Shown one piece after another: positions 35,551 through 44,667 of a DNA stretch of 64,000 nucleotides. Below the pieces are notes generated by a model. The model ran no database searches. It was not told where the DNA came from and worked only from the letters and a program-made list of their open reading frames with translations. This DNA is from Vicinamibacteria bacterium. Lineage in GTDB: Bacteria; Acidobacteriota; Vicinamibacteria; Vicinamibacterales; JAENWD01. The DNA lies in assembly GCA_963739995.1 (NCBI GenBank), contig CAVUCH010000018.1, positions 208,922 through 272,921 of the forward strand, in the 5' to 3' direction. Position numbers and translations under genes: made by a program. Within the stretch, counting starts at the first letter, position 1; the number at the start of each line of letters is the position of its first letter.

Positions 35551-37422
35551 ATGACTACGATCTCCACTGACACCATCGTTCAGGTTCTCGAACGGTCCTG
35601 GGGCTTCCGCGAGTTCAGGCCCTGGCAGCGCGAGGCGATCCGCGCGATTCTCGACGGTCGTGACAGCGTTCTGGTCCTGCCGACCGGCGGGGGCAAGTCT
35701 CTCTGCTTCCAGGCGCCGGCGCTGCTCGACGACGGCACGGGCGGGCCGCGCCTCGCGCTGGTCGTGTCGCCGCTCATCGCTCTCATGAAGGACCAGGTGG
35801 ACGGGCTCGTCGCGAGCGGTGTGCCCGCAGCGTGCCTGAACAGCGCGCAGGCGCCTGACGAGCGCAGTGCGGCGGTGGCGATGGTGCGCAGCGGCGCGTG
35901 CCGCCTGTTGTACGTCTCGCCCGAGCGCCTGGTGGGCGACGGCAGCGAGAACTTCCGCGAGTGGGTCGCACGCGCCGGCGTGCGGTTCATCGCGATCGAC
36001 GAGGCACATTGCATCAGCCAGTGGGGACACGACTTCAGGCCTGAGTACCGCCTGCTTGGACGTCTCAAGCACGATTTTGCCGGCGCCTCCATTCACGCGT
36101 TCACCGCCACGGCGACCGTGCGCGTGCGCGACGACATGGCCGCGCAGCTCGGCCTCCGCGACCCCGTCGTCCTCGTCGGAGCGTACGACCGGGCGAACCT
36201 CACGTACCGTGTCGTTCCCCGCATGGAGCTGCGGCAACAGGTCCAGAAGGTGCTCGCTCGTCATCCTGGCGAAGCAGGAATCGTCTACTGCCTGTCGCGG
36301 CGGGAGGTCGACGACACGGCAGGCTGGCTGCAGGGGCTCGGCGTGCGGGCGCTCGCGTACCACGCGGGCATGACAGACACCGCGAGACGGTCGAACCAGG
36401 AGGCGTTCATCGATGAGCGCGCCGATGTGGTCGTCGCGACCGTGGCTTTCGGCATGGGAATCGATCGACCCGACGTGCGGTTCGTGATCCACGCCGGCAC
36501 GCCGCGATCGCTCGAGCACTATCAGCAGGAATCAGGGCGGGCGGGCCGCGACGGCCTGCCGGCCGAGTGCGTCCTCATCGCATCCCCCGCCGACTTCCTG
36601 CGCTGGAAGAGCCTCCTCGAACTGAACAACGAGCTCAGTGAGAGCAACCGGCTCCACCTGCGCGAGATGGAGCGCTACACGGCGGCTACCCACTGCCGGC
36701 ATCGGGCGCTCGTCGAGTACTTCGGCCAGTCGTATCCGTCGGGGACGCCTTGTGGCGCGTGTGACTGGTGCCTGGGCGAGCTCGAACGGATCGAAGAACC
36801 GGTGGTGGTCGCCCGCAAGATCCTGTCGTGCGTCGCGCGGGTGGGCCAGCGGTTTGGCGTCGCGCATGTGGGCGCCGTCCTGCGCGGCGACGCGACGGAG
36901 GCGGTGTCGACGCGCGGCCATCAGAAGCTGAGCACGTTCGGCCTGCTCCGGGAATGTCCGGTGGCGGAGATCCGGGGGTACATCGATCAGCTCACGCAGT
37001 CGGGCCTGCTCGCGCGGACTGGCGAGCAGTACCCTACCCTGCAGCTCACAGCGGCCGGCGTCGCCCTGCTCCGCGGCGTTGGCGACGCGGTCCTGTATCG
37101 CCAGCCTCGTGCCCTTCGGAACGCCCGCACGAAGGCCGGACGACGAGGCGCACCGACCGCGGCAACAGCTGCCCTCAGCGCGGACGAACGTGCGCTCTTC
37201 GACGCGCTGCGCACGCTCCGCCTCGAGCTGGCGCGTGAGCGGCACGTCCCGCCGTACGTCATTTTCCATGACAACACGCTGCAGCATCTCGCACGCATGC
37301 GGCCCGGCACGCATGCGGCGCTGCTCAGGGTGCCCGGGGTCGGTGAGAAAAAGGCCGAGAGCCTGGGTGACCGCGTGCTTGCGGCGATCCGGGCACATGG
37401 TGGAGCAGGCGCGGGGACGTGA
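35551..37422 (+). CDS. recQ: ATP-dependent DNA helicase RecQ
   Basis: Helicase motif I is LPTGGGKSLCFQ and the DEAH box is IDEAHCISQWGHDFRPEY. A zinc-binding Cys cluster (CRHRAL...CGACDWC), a winged helix and a C-terminal HRDC-like region follow. Confidence 0.92.
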   Translation: MTTISTDTIVQVLERSWGFREFRPWQREAIRAILDGRDSVLVLPTGGGKSLCFQAPALLDDGTGGPRLALVVSPLIALMKDQVDGLVASGVPAACLNSAQAPDERSAAVAMVRSGACRLLYVSPERLVGDGSENFREWVARAGVRFIAIDEAHCISQWGHDFRPEYRLLGRLKHDFAGASIHAFTATATVRVRDDMAAQLGLRDPVVLVGAYDRANLTYRVVPRMELRQQVQKVLARHPGEAGIVYCLSRREVDDTAGWLQGLGVRALAYHAGMTDTARRSNQEAFIDERADVVVATVAFGMGIDRPDVRFVIHAGTPRSLEHYQQESGRAGRDGLPAECVLIASPADFLRWKSLLELNNELSESNRLHLREMERYTAATHCRHRALVEYFGQSYPSGTPCGACDWCLGELERIEEPVVVARKILSCVARVGQRFGVAHVGAVLRGDATEAVSTRGHQKLSTFGLLRECPVAEIRGYIDQLTQSGLLARTGEQYPTLQLTAAGVALLRGVGDAVLYRQPRALRNARTKAGRRGAPTAATAALSADERALFDALRTLRLELARERHVPPYVIFHDNTLQHLARMRPGTHAALLRVPGVGEKKAESLGDRVLAAIRAHGGAGAGT

Positions 37423-37542
37423 GGCGGCGGAGCAGCCGGGGCGAACCGAGCTATGCTGCCGGTGTTCCTACCGTTCGCGGCAATGGGCGTCATTCTCGAG
37501 TCCCGCTGGGCGTTACGTGATATGCGCTGCTGAGAGCATCCG

Positions 37543-38280
37543 ATGCACCTGACGATTTACCCGAGCAAGGGCACGCTTGGCGCGGCCGCTGCCGCGGACG
37601 CCTCGGAAGCGATCCGGGCCGCAGTCGCAGAATCGGGCCGGGCGCGGATCATCGCCGCCACCGGGGCGTCGCAATTCGAGTTCCTCGCCGCGCTCGTGTC
37701 GCTTTCCGACGTGCCATGGGAGCGGGTCGAGCTGTTCCATTTGGACGAGTACATCGGGCTCTCGGCCGATCATCCCGCGAGCTTCCGGCGGTACCTGCGC
37801 GAGCGCCTGATTGAACCGGCGCGCATCGGAACGGTGCACCTGCTGAACGGCGAGCAGGACCCGCACGATGTGTGCGCGCGCATCGGGGCACTCATCGCCG
37901 CGGCGCCCGTGGACGTGGCCTTCGTGGGGATCGGCGAGAACGCCCACCTCGCGTTCAACGATCCGCCCGCCGACTTCGACACCCGAGAGCCCTACCTCGT
38001 CGTCTCGCTGGACGAAGCCTGCCGGCGGCAGCAGGTGGGCGAAGGCTGGTTCTCCGAGATCGAATCGGTGCCCACGCAGGCCATCTCGATGTCATGCCGT
38101 CAGATTCTCGCCTCACGACGCATCCTCTGCATCGCGCCCGACGCGCGCAAGGCCGAGGCGGTCAGGGCCACCGTCGAAGGGCCCGTGACACCCCACGTCC
38201 CTGCCTCCATCCTGCAGACGCACGACGACGTGACCCTCTACCTGGACGTGGACTCGGCGTCGCGGCTGCAGCAGTCCTGA
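37543..38280 (+). CDS. glucosamine-6-phosphate deaminase / 6-phosphogluconolactonase family protein
   Basis: 245-aa ORF. The segments FHLDEYIG and [17 protein letters not shown] are typical of NagB-like isomerase/deaminases. Confidence 0.85.
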   Translation: MHLTIYPSKGTLGAAAAADASEAIRAAVAESGRARIIAATGASQFEFLAALVSLSDVPWERVELFHLDEYIGLSADHPASFRRYLRERLIEPARIGTVHLLNGEQDPHDVCARIGALIAAAPVDVAFVGIGENAHLAFNDPPADFDTREPYLVVSLDEACRRQQVGEGWFSEIESVPTQAISMSCRQILASRRILCIAPDARKAEAVRATVEGPVTPHVPASILQTHDDVTLYLDVDSASRLQQS

Positions 38281-38323
38281 TGTCCCTGGCGTCCCGGTCG
38301 AAGCGGATGCGCGGAGCCACCGG

Positions 38324-39688
38324 GTGAGGCGGCCGATCCGCCACCTCCGCTGGTATATCGGCGGCCTGCTGTTCCTGTCGACGGTCATAAACTACATCGA
38401 CCGTCAGACGCTCAGCGTGCTCGCCCCGTACCTCAAGACGGAGTTCCAGTGGACGAACACTGACTTCGCGTGGGTCCTGATCGGGTTTCGCGTGGCGTAC
38501 GCGGTGGGCCAGACGCTCGCCGGCCGCGCGGTCGACGTGCTCGGCACGCGCCGTGGTCTGAGCTTGTCGGTGGTGTGGTACTCGTGCGCCGCAATGGCCA
38601 CCTCGATGGCGAGCGGGCTCGCGAGCTTCATCGGCTTCCGGTTCGCGCTCGGGCTCGGCGAGGCAGGCAACTGGCCTGGCGCGACGAAGGCGGTGTCGGA
38701 GTGGTTTCCACGCCGCGAAAGCGGGTGGGCGGTCGCGCTATTCGACAGCGGCTCCTCCATTGGCGGGGCGCTCGCGCCGTTCATCGTGCTCACGATCTAC
38801 CACCTGTTCGACAGCTGGCGCCCGGCCTTCCTCGTCACCGGATCGCTCGGCTTCATCTGGGTGCTCGTGTTCCGCTGGGTGTACCGGCGTCCGGAGGAGC
38901 ACCCCTGGATCAGCGACGAAGAGCGGATGCTGATCGTCAGCGGCCGCGAGGAACACGACGCACCGCAGCACCCGACTCACGGCTCCGGGCTCGACGCTCC
39001 AGCCAGCGTCAGGTCGGCAGCTACGCTCCCGGGGGCATCAGATGATTCGCGAGTTCCGCGCCAGCTCCCGTATCGCGTGTTGCTCCGGCTGCCACAGACC
39101 TGGGGTTACGTCCTCTCCAAGACCTTCACCGATCCCGTGTGGTTCTTCATCACCGACTGGTTCGCCATCTACCTGGTGTCGCGCGGGTTCAAGGTCGAGG
39201 AGAGCCTCGTAGGCTTCTGGGTGCCGTTCCTCGCCGCCGATCTGGGCAACTTCTTCGGCGGCGGCTTTTCGAGCTGGCTGATCACGCGCGGCTGGAGCGT
39301 CGGAGCGGCCCGCAAGTGCATCGCCGTGATCGGCGGTCTCGGCATGACGCTGCTGGTCCCCGTGGTGTGGACCTCCTCGTTCTCGGCGATGGTGGCCTGC
39401 TTCGCGATCTCGACGTTCGCCTACGCTGCCTTCTCCACAATCATCCTCAACCTGCCCGCCGACATCTTCCCCACTGGCTCGGTCGCCAGCGTCAGCGGTC
39501 TCGGGGGCACCGGCGCCGGCATCGGCACAATCAGCGCGATCTACTTGACAGGGTGGGTCGCCGACCACTACTCGTTCGCCCCCATCCTGATCGGGGCCAG
39601 CATCGTGCCGCTCGTCGCAATGACCGCGGTGCTGATCCTCATACGGAACACGGCCGCGATGGACCGCGGCGTCCTCAGACGGATCTGA
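38324..39688 (+). CDS. MFS transporter (anion:cation symporter / hexuronate transporter-like)
   Basis: GTG start. The N-terminus [27 protein letters not shown] is typical of ExuT-like ACS-family MFS proteins, and about 12 TM segments are visible. Confidence 0.85.
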   Translation: MRRPIRHLRWYIGGLLFLSTVINYIDRQTLSVLAPYLKTEFQWTNTDFAWVLIGFRVAYAVGQTLAGRAVDVLGTRRGLSLSVVWYSCAAMATSMASGLASFIGFRFALGLGEAGNWPGATKAVSEWFPRRESGWAVALFDSGSSIGGALAPFIVLTIYHLFDSWRPAFLVTGSLGFIWVLVFRWVYRRPEEHPWISDEERMLIVSGREEHDAPQHPTHGSGLDAPASVRSAATLPGASDDSRVPRQLPYRVLLRLPQTWGYVLSKTFTDPVWFFITDWFAIYLVSRGFKVEESLVGFWVPFLAADLGNFFGGGFSSWLITRGWSVGAARKCIAVIGGLGMTLLVPVVWTSSFSAMVACFAISTFAYAAFSTIILNLPADIFPTGSVASVSGLGGTGAGIGTISAIYLTGWVADHYSFAPILIGASIVPLVAMTAVLILIRNTAAMDRGVLRRI

Positions 39689-39762
39689 CTGGTGCGACGT
39701 GCGGCGTGGTGCGGGTGCGACGGGCTGCTGCGGGTGCGAGGGCTGCGTTGGGGCACGCATCA

Positions 39763-39800
39763 GATGTGGAGCCGGGGCTTCAGTCCCGGCGAACAGATCT
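39763..39800. repeat. REP-like hairpin repeat copy
   Basis: GATGTGGAGCCGGGGCTTCAGTCCCGGCGAACAGATCT lies between convergent genes. Confidence 0.5.
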
Positions 39801-39809
39801 AGTGGCTAG

Positions 39810-40238
39810 TCAGAAGTCCATGGTCCGCCTGTCCGGCGGCACCCAGCGCACCTTCGCCTGCGACGAGGCGAGCGCCTCGGCGCTGTAGTACTCCGAGATC
39901 GGCGCGTCGTTGACGCACCCCGCGATCACCGAATCGATGCGCTCGTCCAGCGGACGACTCGGATCGGTCACGGCGAACCGCGCGGCAAGCCTCTTCATCC
40001 AGAACACCGTCAGCGTTTCGTGGTAGCCCTCTACGCGGTGGTGCGCCAGGAAACGCGCGAGGCCGTCACGCATGCGCGTAGTCGCGTCGGTTTCGGACTC
40101 GCGCGACAGGTAGCACAACGCGACGCGCATGTGCTCACGGTGATGGAAGCGCGTGAGCGGCAGCGTGGCGGCCTCGAAGCTCTCGACGAGCGCGGCGAGC
40201 GGGAGCTCGTCGACAACGGGCGCAGCAGGACCGGACAC
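39810..40238 (-). CDS. hypothetical protein
   Basis: 142-aa ORF with normal amino-acid composition (for example GYHETLTVFWMKRL). It is divergent from the MFS gene. I recognise no family. Confidence 0.55.
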   Translation of the reverse strand: MSGPAAPVVDELPLAALVESFEAATLPLTRFHHREHMRVALCYLSRESETDATTRMRDGLARFLAHHRVEGYHETLTVFWMKRLAARFAVTDPSRPLDERIDSVIAGCVNDAPISEYYSAEALASSQAKVRWVPPDRRTMDF

Positions 40239-40405
40239 GCTGGTATTCTGGCCCGCCGAACGCGGGCGTGCAACGCCGGGCCGGGTGTGAGCCGGGTGCT
40301 AAGATGGTCGTCCGCGTGTCGCAGCCATCCCCATCATCCCGTCCGCCGGAACCGCCGTTTGCCACAGGGGTCGCCGACGTCGCGGAGCCGCAGCCGGTGG
40401 CTGCG

Positions 40406-41632
40406 ATGCAGGGCGGGCGGGCGCAGCTCTGGCGCGTCGCTGCGGCGCTCACCTACCGCGATTTCCGCGTGCTGTGGCTGGGCGCCTGCACGTCCAGCAT
40501 CGGCACCTGGATGCAGAAGGTGGCTCAGAGCTGGCTCGTGCTCGAGCTGACCGACTCCGCCTGGTATCTCGCGCTCGACAGCTTTGTCGGGGAAGCACCG
40601 CTGCTGCTCTTCACGTTGATCGGCGGCGTGGTCGCCGACCGGCAGGATCGCCGCAAGCTGCTGCTCGTCTCACAGGTCGTGCAGATGTCGTCGGCGTTTG
40701 CCCTGGCCCTGCTCGTGGCGACGGGGCACGTGACGATCTGGTTCATCCTCGGCCTGTCGTTCATGTCGGGATGCGCCCAGGCATTCGGCGGCCCGGCATA
40801 TCAGTCGCTCATCCCGTCGCTCATCAGGACCGAGCACCTGCCGAACGCGGTCGCGCTCAACTCGATCCAGTTCAACATCGCGCGCGTCGTCGGCCCCGTG
40901 CTGGCGGGAACGGCGCTGCATCGCTTGGGGATGGTGTCCTGTTTCACGCTGAACGGCATCTCGTTCCTGGTGGTGATCGGGTCGCTGCTCGCGCTGCACA
41001 TCCAGCACACGCCCCGGGTGGCGGGCAACCGCCGCATGCTCGACGAGCTGAAAGGCGGCATCGTCTTCGTACGCGACGAGCGGCGCCTGCTCGGCCTGAC
41101 CGTGCTGGCGTTCGCGATGACGTTCCTGGCTGTCCCGCTGCTGACGTTTCTGCCCCTCATCGCAAGGAATGTATTCAACGAAGGCGTCGGCCAGTACAGC
41201 GAGATGATGGCGTTCTCGGGTGTTGGCGCCGTGGCGGGCGCGCTGGTGGTCGCGTGGCTTGGCAAGTTTCGTCACATGGGGCTGGCGGCGCTGCTGGTCC
41301 AGTTGATCATCGGCGCGTTGATCGTGGCGTTCGCGCTGACGCGCGTGCTCTGGGTGACGCACCTCCTGCTGCTGGCCACGGGCGCCGCGATGATCGTGTC
41401 GATGTCGCTCGTCACCTCGCTCGCGCAGCTCATCGCGCCCAACGAGATGCGCGGCCGGGTGATGAGCATCTACATGCTCGCGTTCCGCGGCGGGATGCCG
41501 CTCGGCAGTCTGATGAGCGGCAAGATCGCCGATATGACGTCCGCGCCGACTGCCCTGATGATTAACGGAGTTCTGCTCATCTGTGTCGCGGGATACTTCC
41601 TGGTCCGCAGCCATGGCGTGCGGGAAGTCTGA
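40406..41632 (+). CDS. MFS transporter (enterobactin-exporter/MFS_3-like)
   Basis: The segment YRDFRVLWLGACTSSIGTWMQKVAQSWLV is typical of this MFS subgroup. The start is ambiguous (40268, 40304 or 40406). Confidence 0.8.
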   Translation: MQGGRAQLWRVAAALTYRDFRVLWLGACTSSIGTWMQKVAQSWLVLELTDSAWYLALDSFVGEAPLLLFTLIGGVVADRQDRRKLLLVSQVVQMSSAFALALLVATGHVTIWFILGLSFMSGCAQAFGGPAYQSLIPSLIRTEHLPNAVALNSIQFNIARVVGPVLAGTALHRLGMVSCFTLNGISFLVVIGSLLALHIQHTPRVAGNRRMLDELKGGIVFVRDERRLLGLTVLAFAMTFLAVPLLTFLPLIARNVFNEGVGQYSEMMAFSGVGAVAGALVVAWLGKFRHMGLAALLVQLIIGALIVAFALTRVLWVTHLLLLATGAAMIVSMSLVTSLAQLIAPNEMRGRVMSIYMLAFRGGMPLGSLMSGKIADMTSAPTALMINGVLLICVAGYFLVRSHGVREV

Positions 41633-41675
41633 ACCGGAAACCCGAGCCGGCTCGGACGGGTCCGTGGCGAAGGGC

Positions 41676-41705
41676 GCGGGAGACCGGCCGGGGCCGGTCT
41701 CCCGC
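41676..41705. terminator. GC-rich hairpin between convergent genes
   Basis: GCGGGAGACCGGCC-GG-GGCCGGTCTCCCGC is a near-perfect 30-nt palindrome between the stops at 41632 (+) and 41714 (-). Confidence 0.45.
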
Positions 41706-41713
41706 TCGCGTCA

Positions 41714-42214
41714 CTACGGCTTCTCCGATCCGTCCTGTCGCCGTTTCTCCCACTGCTCGCGGTGCTGCGCACCACGCGCCTCACGTTCCGCACGCAGCGC
41801 CTTCGCCTTCTCCTGCTGCTCCGGGGTGAGCACGTTGTAGACGTCAGCGTGGACCCGTGCACGCAGCACTGCCGCGTCCGCCTCGACCTTCGCCAGCTCC
41901 GCGCTCCGGGCACGCACCGCCCCTTCGTCCACAGGGACGGCCATCACCGCGCCGCTCTGCGCGCGACGGGCCTCCCGCAACCGTTGGAAGATCGCCTGCC
42001 GCTCCGACTTGTGTAACTCCATGATGCGGCGCACGTCCTGCCGCTGGTCGTCCGACAACCCAAGCTGCCCAAGCCCCGGGAACGCGCCACGCATGCCCCG
42101 ATGCTCGCCGCCCACAGGCCCGCGCGGCTGTGCCGATACCGCCGTCCCGAGCCCGAATGCCATACCCAGAGCGGCCACGACCGCCGTCATCTTCGTTTTC
42201 TGAATCGCTTTCAT
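41714..42214 (-). CDS. Spy/CpxP-family periplasmic chaperone-like protein
   Basis: Start at MKAIQKTKMTAVVAALG (signal peptide) preceded by GGAGGA. The protein is helical and charged with two LTxxQ-type motifs (LSDDQ, LTPEQ). The long tracked ORF is an artefact. Confidence 0.7.
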   Translation of the reverse strand: MKAIQKTKMTAVVAALGMAFGLGTAVSAQPRGPVGGEHRGMRGAFPGLGQLGLSDDQRQDVRRIMELHKSERQAIFQRLREARRAQSGAVMAVPVDEGAVRARSAELAKVEADAAVLRARVHADVYNVLTPEQQEKAKALRAEREARGAQHREQWEKRRQDGSEKP

Positions 42215-42391
42215 GTTCTCCTCCATCCGGAAACGCCGGCTTGGTCCGCCACCGCTTCGTTCTGTTCCATTTAACGGGGATCGTGCGGCTCCCCCGTGAC
42301 GGAGTTGTGAAAATTCCATGACAGAACCGGTTGGGGTAACCGGGCACTTTTGTTCATCATCAGAGGCCGCGCCGATCCAAGATACGTCCGC

Positions 42392-43294
42392 ATGCGCGTG
42401 GCCGCAGGCGGAACGCTGCTCCTGATTCTCGCATCCACGATGGCTGCTGCCGACACGCTCGCCGACCGCATCGCCACCCTGACGCATCCGTTCAAAGGCA
42501 GGGTCGCCGTGTACGCGCGGAACCTGACCACCGGCCGGGAGTTCGCGCTCGACGCCGACGCGAGGGTCAGGACCGCCAGCACGATCAAGCTGCCCATCCT
42601 GTGCGCCCTCGAGTCGCTGGTGGCGTCCGGGCGGGTCCGATGGGACGAGCGGATCCGGCTGAAGCCGGAGGACAAGGTGACCGGGTCGGGCGTGCTCGGC
42701 AGCCTCGAAGACGGCACAGACCTCACCGTCCGCAACCTCGCCATCCTGATGATCATCGTCAGCGACAACACCGCGACGAATCTGATCACGGATCGGATCA
42801 CGGCGGATGCCGTCAACGACTATCTCGATACGGTTGGTCTGACCGTGACCCGTTACAACCGGAAGGTCCGTGGCGATGGCGCTCGACTGGCGGAGCCCAG
42901 CGGCTGGAGCAGGGCCGGCACACGCGAAGAGAACCGCAAGTACGGCCTCGGCGTGTCCACCCCACGCGAGATGGTGCGGCTGCTGCAGATGCTCGAGGCG
43001 GGGACGATCGTCAGCCCGGCAGCATCGAAGGATATCCTGGACATTCTCGCGAAGCAGCAGGTGCGCGATGGAATCGCGCGCCGTGCTCCGGACGATCTCC
43101 GCATCGTCAGCAAGAGCGGGGCGCTCGACGCTATGCGAAGTGACGTCGGGATTGTCTACTCGAAGGGCGGGCCCGTTGCGATGGCAATCACGGTAGATGA
43201 GATGCCGGCCACTGACTACTCGCCCGACAACGTGGGCAACGTGCTCATAGGGGAGCTCGCCACGGTGCTGTTGGAGGAATTGGCCGCTCACTGA
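42392..43294 (+). CDS. serine hydrolase, class A beta-lactamase-related
   Basis: A signal peptide is followed by the SxxK motif STIK, an SDN motif (VSDNTATN) and a KSG motif (VSKSGAL), in the canonical order. Confidence 0.8.
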   Translation: MRVAAGGTLLLILASTMAAADTLADRIATLTHPFKGRVAVYARNLTTGREFALDADARVRTASTIKLPILCALESLVASGRVRWDERIRLKPEDKVTGSGVLGSLEDGTDLTVRNLAILMIIVSDNTATNLITDRITADAVNDYLDTVGLTVTRYNRKVRGDGARLAEPSGWSRAGTREENRKYGLGVSTPREMVRLLQMLEAGTIVSPAASKDILDILAKQQVRDGIARRAPDDLRIVSKSGALDAMRSDVGIVYSKGGPVAMAITVDEMPATDYSPDNVGNVLIGELATVLLEELAAH

Positions 43295-43345
43295 CCGGGA
43301 CCCCGCCACACGCGCCCGTTGACTTTACGCGGCGCTCCAGATTAC

Positions 43346-43362
43346 GTTCAGGGTCCCTGAAC
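43346..43362. promoter_or_regulatory. perfect 17-bp palindrome (possible operator) upstream of the Omp85-like gene
   Basis: GTTCAGGGTCCCTGAAC lies just downstream of TTGACT (43319-43324)-N17-TTACGT. Confidence 0.3.
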
Positions 43363-43428
43363 AACTGGCTGGTCGGTCGCGACGGACCCGGTCACCGGGC
43401 CGCAGGTGCAGGTGCGCATCATTCCCCA

Positions 43429-44667
43429 ATGAGAACCAGTCGATTGCGTGGGTCCCTGCTGCTCGTTTGCATCCTCTCAGCCACCCCGGCGCTGGCCCAG
43501 GAAACACGACGTGCGGCGGTTGAGGAGCTGCGCGCCGCGCGCGCCGCGACCGTCGCTCCCTACAAACAAGGACGCCTGGAGCGGACGCTCTTCTATATCG
43601 AACAGAACCGCCTGCTTCAACGGGTGACGCGCGAAGAGGGGCTGTACTTGCGGGTCGGGAGCATCCAGCGAGGCGGCGGCTTCGCGTTCGGCGGCGGCTA
43701 CCGCACGCCGTTCGCGGCCGGCCAGCTTGTGTTCAATGCCGACGCGGCGATCACGGTGAAGGGGTACGCGGTGGCCGGGGTGGACATCTCGGCACCCCGT
43801 CTCTTCTCCGAGCGCATGACGCTGACGGGCAGGGGCCTGTATCGATACTTTCCGCAGGAGGACTACTTCGGTATGGGGCCACGCTCGGAAAAGGACGCCC
43901 GCACCACCTACCTACTCGAAGAACGAGAGCTGGCCGGGATTGCGCAGGTGCGCGTGACACCCTGGCTGACGTGGAGCACCAAGGTCGCCCGCCTGGATCC
44001 CCGCGTCGACGACGGCACCGATCGACTCTATCCAACCATCGGCGAGCTGTTCACCGACGTCACCGCGCCGGGTCTCGCGCAACAGCCGGCCTTCTTCGAA
44101 ACAGGGACGATGCTCGAACTCGACACCCGGGACCAGCCCGGCAATCCACGCAGCGGAACGTACGCGTCACTGCTCGGCGCGCGGTTCGGCGATCTCGACG
44201 ATCTCGGGTATGACTTCTCGCGGCTCAGTGCCGAAGTGCAGCACTACGTGCCAATCTTCGACAAAAAGCGGGTGATTGCCGTGCGGGCCGCGCTCAATCG
44301 CTATGAGCCGCGCGGCGGCTCAATCGTCCCGTTCTACTACATCCTCCCGCTTGGCGGGACGGACTCGATTCGCGGCTTCACCAACTTCCGCTTTCGCGAC
44401 CTCAACGCCGTGCTGTTCAACGCCGAATACCGCTGGGAAGCATTTGCCGGCCTCGATATGGCGCTCTTCTACGATGTCGGCAGCGTGGCCCAGCGGTGGA
44501 GCGATCTTGGCTCCGATGGCTGGAAACGATCGTGGGGCATCGGTTTGCGGTTCAACACCTACCGAGCGATCTTCATGCGCACGGAACTGGCTTTCGGGAG
44601 CGGTGAAGGGACCCGGGTGTTCGTTGCGTTCGGAGGGCCGCTACGCCTTCAGCGGTACCTGCGATGA
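43429..44667 (+). CDS. Omp85/BamA-family outer membrane barrel protein without an obvious POTRA array
   Basis: Signal peptide LLLVCILSATPALAQE. The C-terminal motifs LGGTDSIRGF, NAEYRWE and GIGLRFNT are typical of surface-antigen (D15) barrels. Confidence 0.75.
   Translation: MRTSRLRGSLLLVCILSATPALAQETRRAAVEELRAARAATVAPYKQGRLERTLFYIEQNRLLQRVTREEGLYLRVGSIQRGGGFAFGGGYRTPFAAGQLVFNADAAITVKGYAVAGVDISAPRLFSERMTLTGRGLYRYFPQEDYFGMGPRSEKDARTTYLLEERELAGIAQVRVTPWLTWSTKVARLDPRVDDGTDRLYPTIGELFTDVTAPGLAQQPAFFETGTMLELDTRDQPGNPRSGTYASLLGARFGDLDDLGYDFSRLSAEVQHYVPIFDKKRVIAVRAALNRYEPRGGSIVPFYYILPLGGTDSIRGFTNFRFRDLNAVLFNAEYRWEAFAGLDMALFYDVGSVAQRWSDLGSDGWKRSWGIGLRFNTYRAIFMRTELAFGSGEGTRVFVAFGGPLRLQRYLR

Noticed and set aside
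41714-43309. 531-aa minus-strand ORF
   Set aside because: Only the C-terminal 166 aa (the Spy/CpxP-like part, with its own RBS and signal peptide) look real. The remainder is antisense to the serine hydrolase gene, which has SxxK/SDN/KSG motifs.
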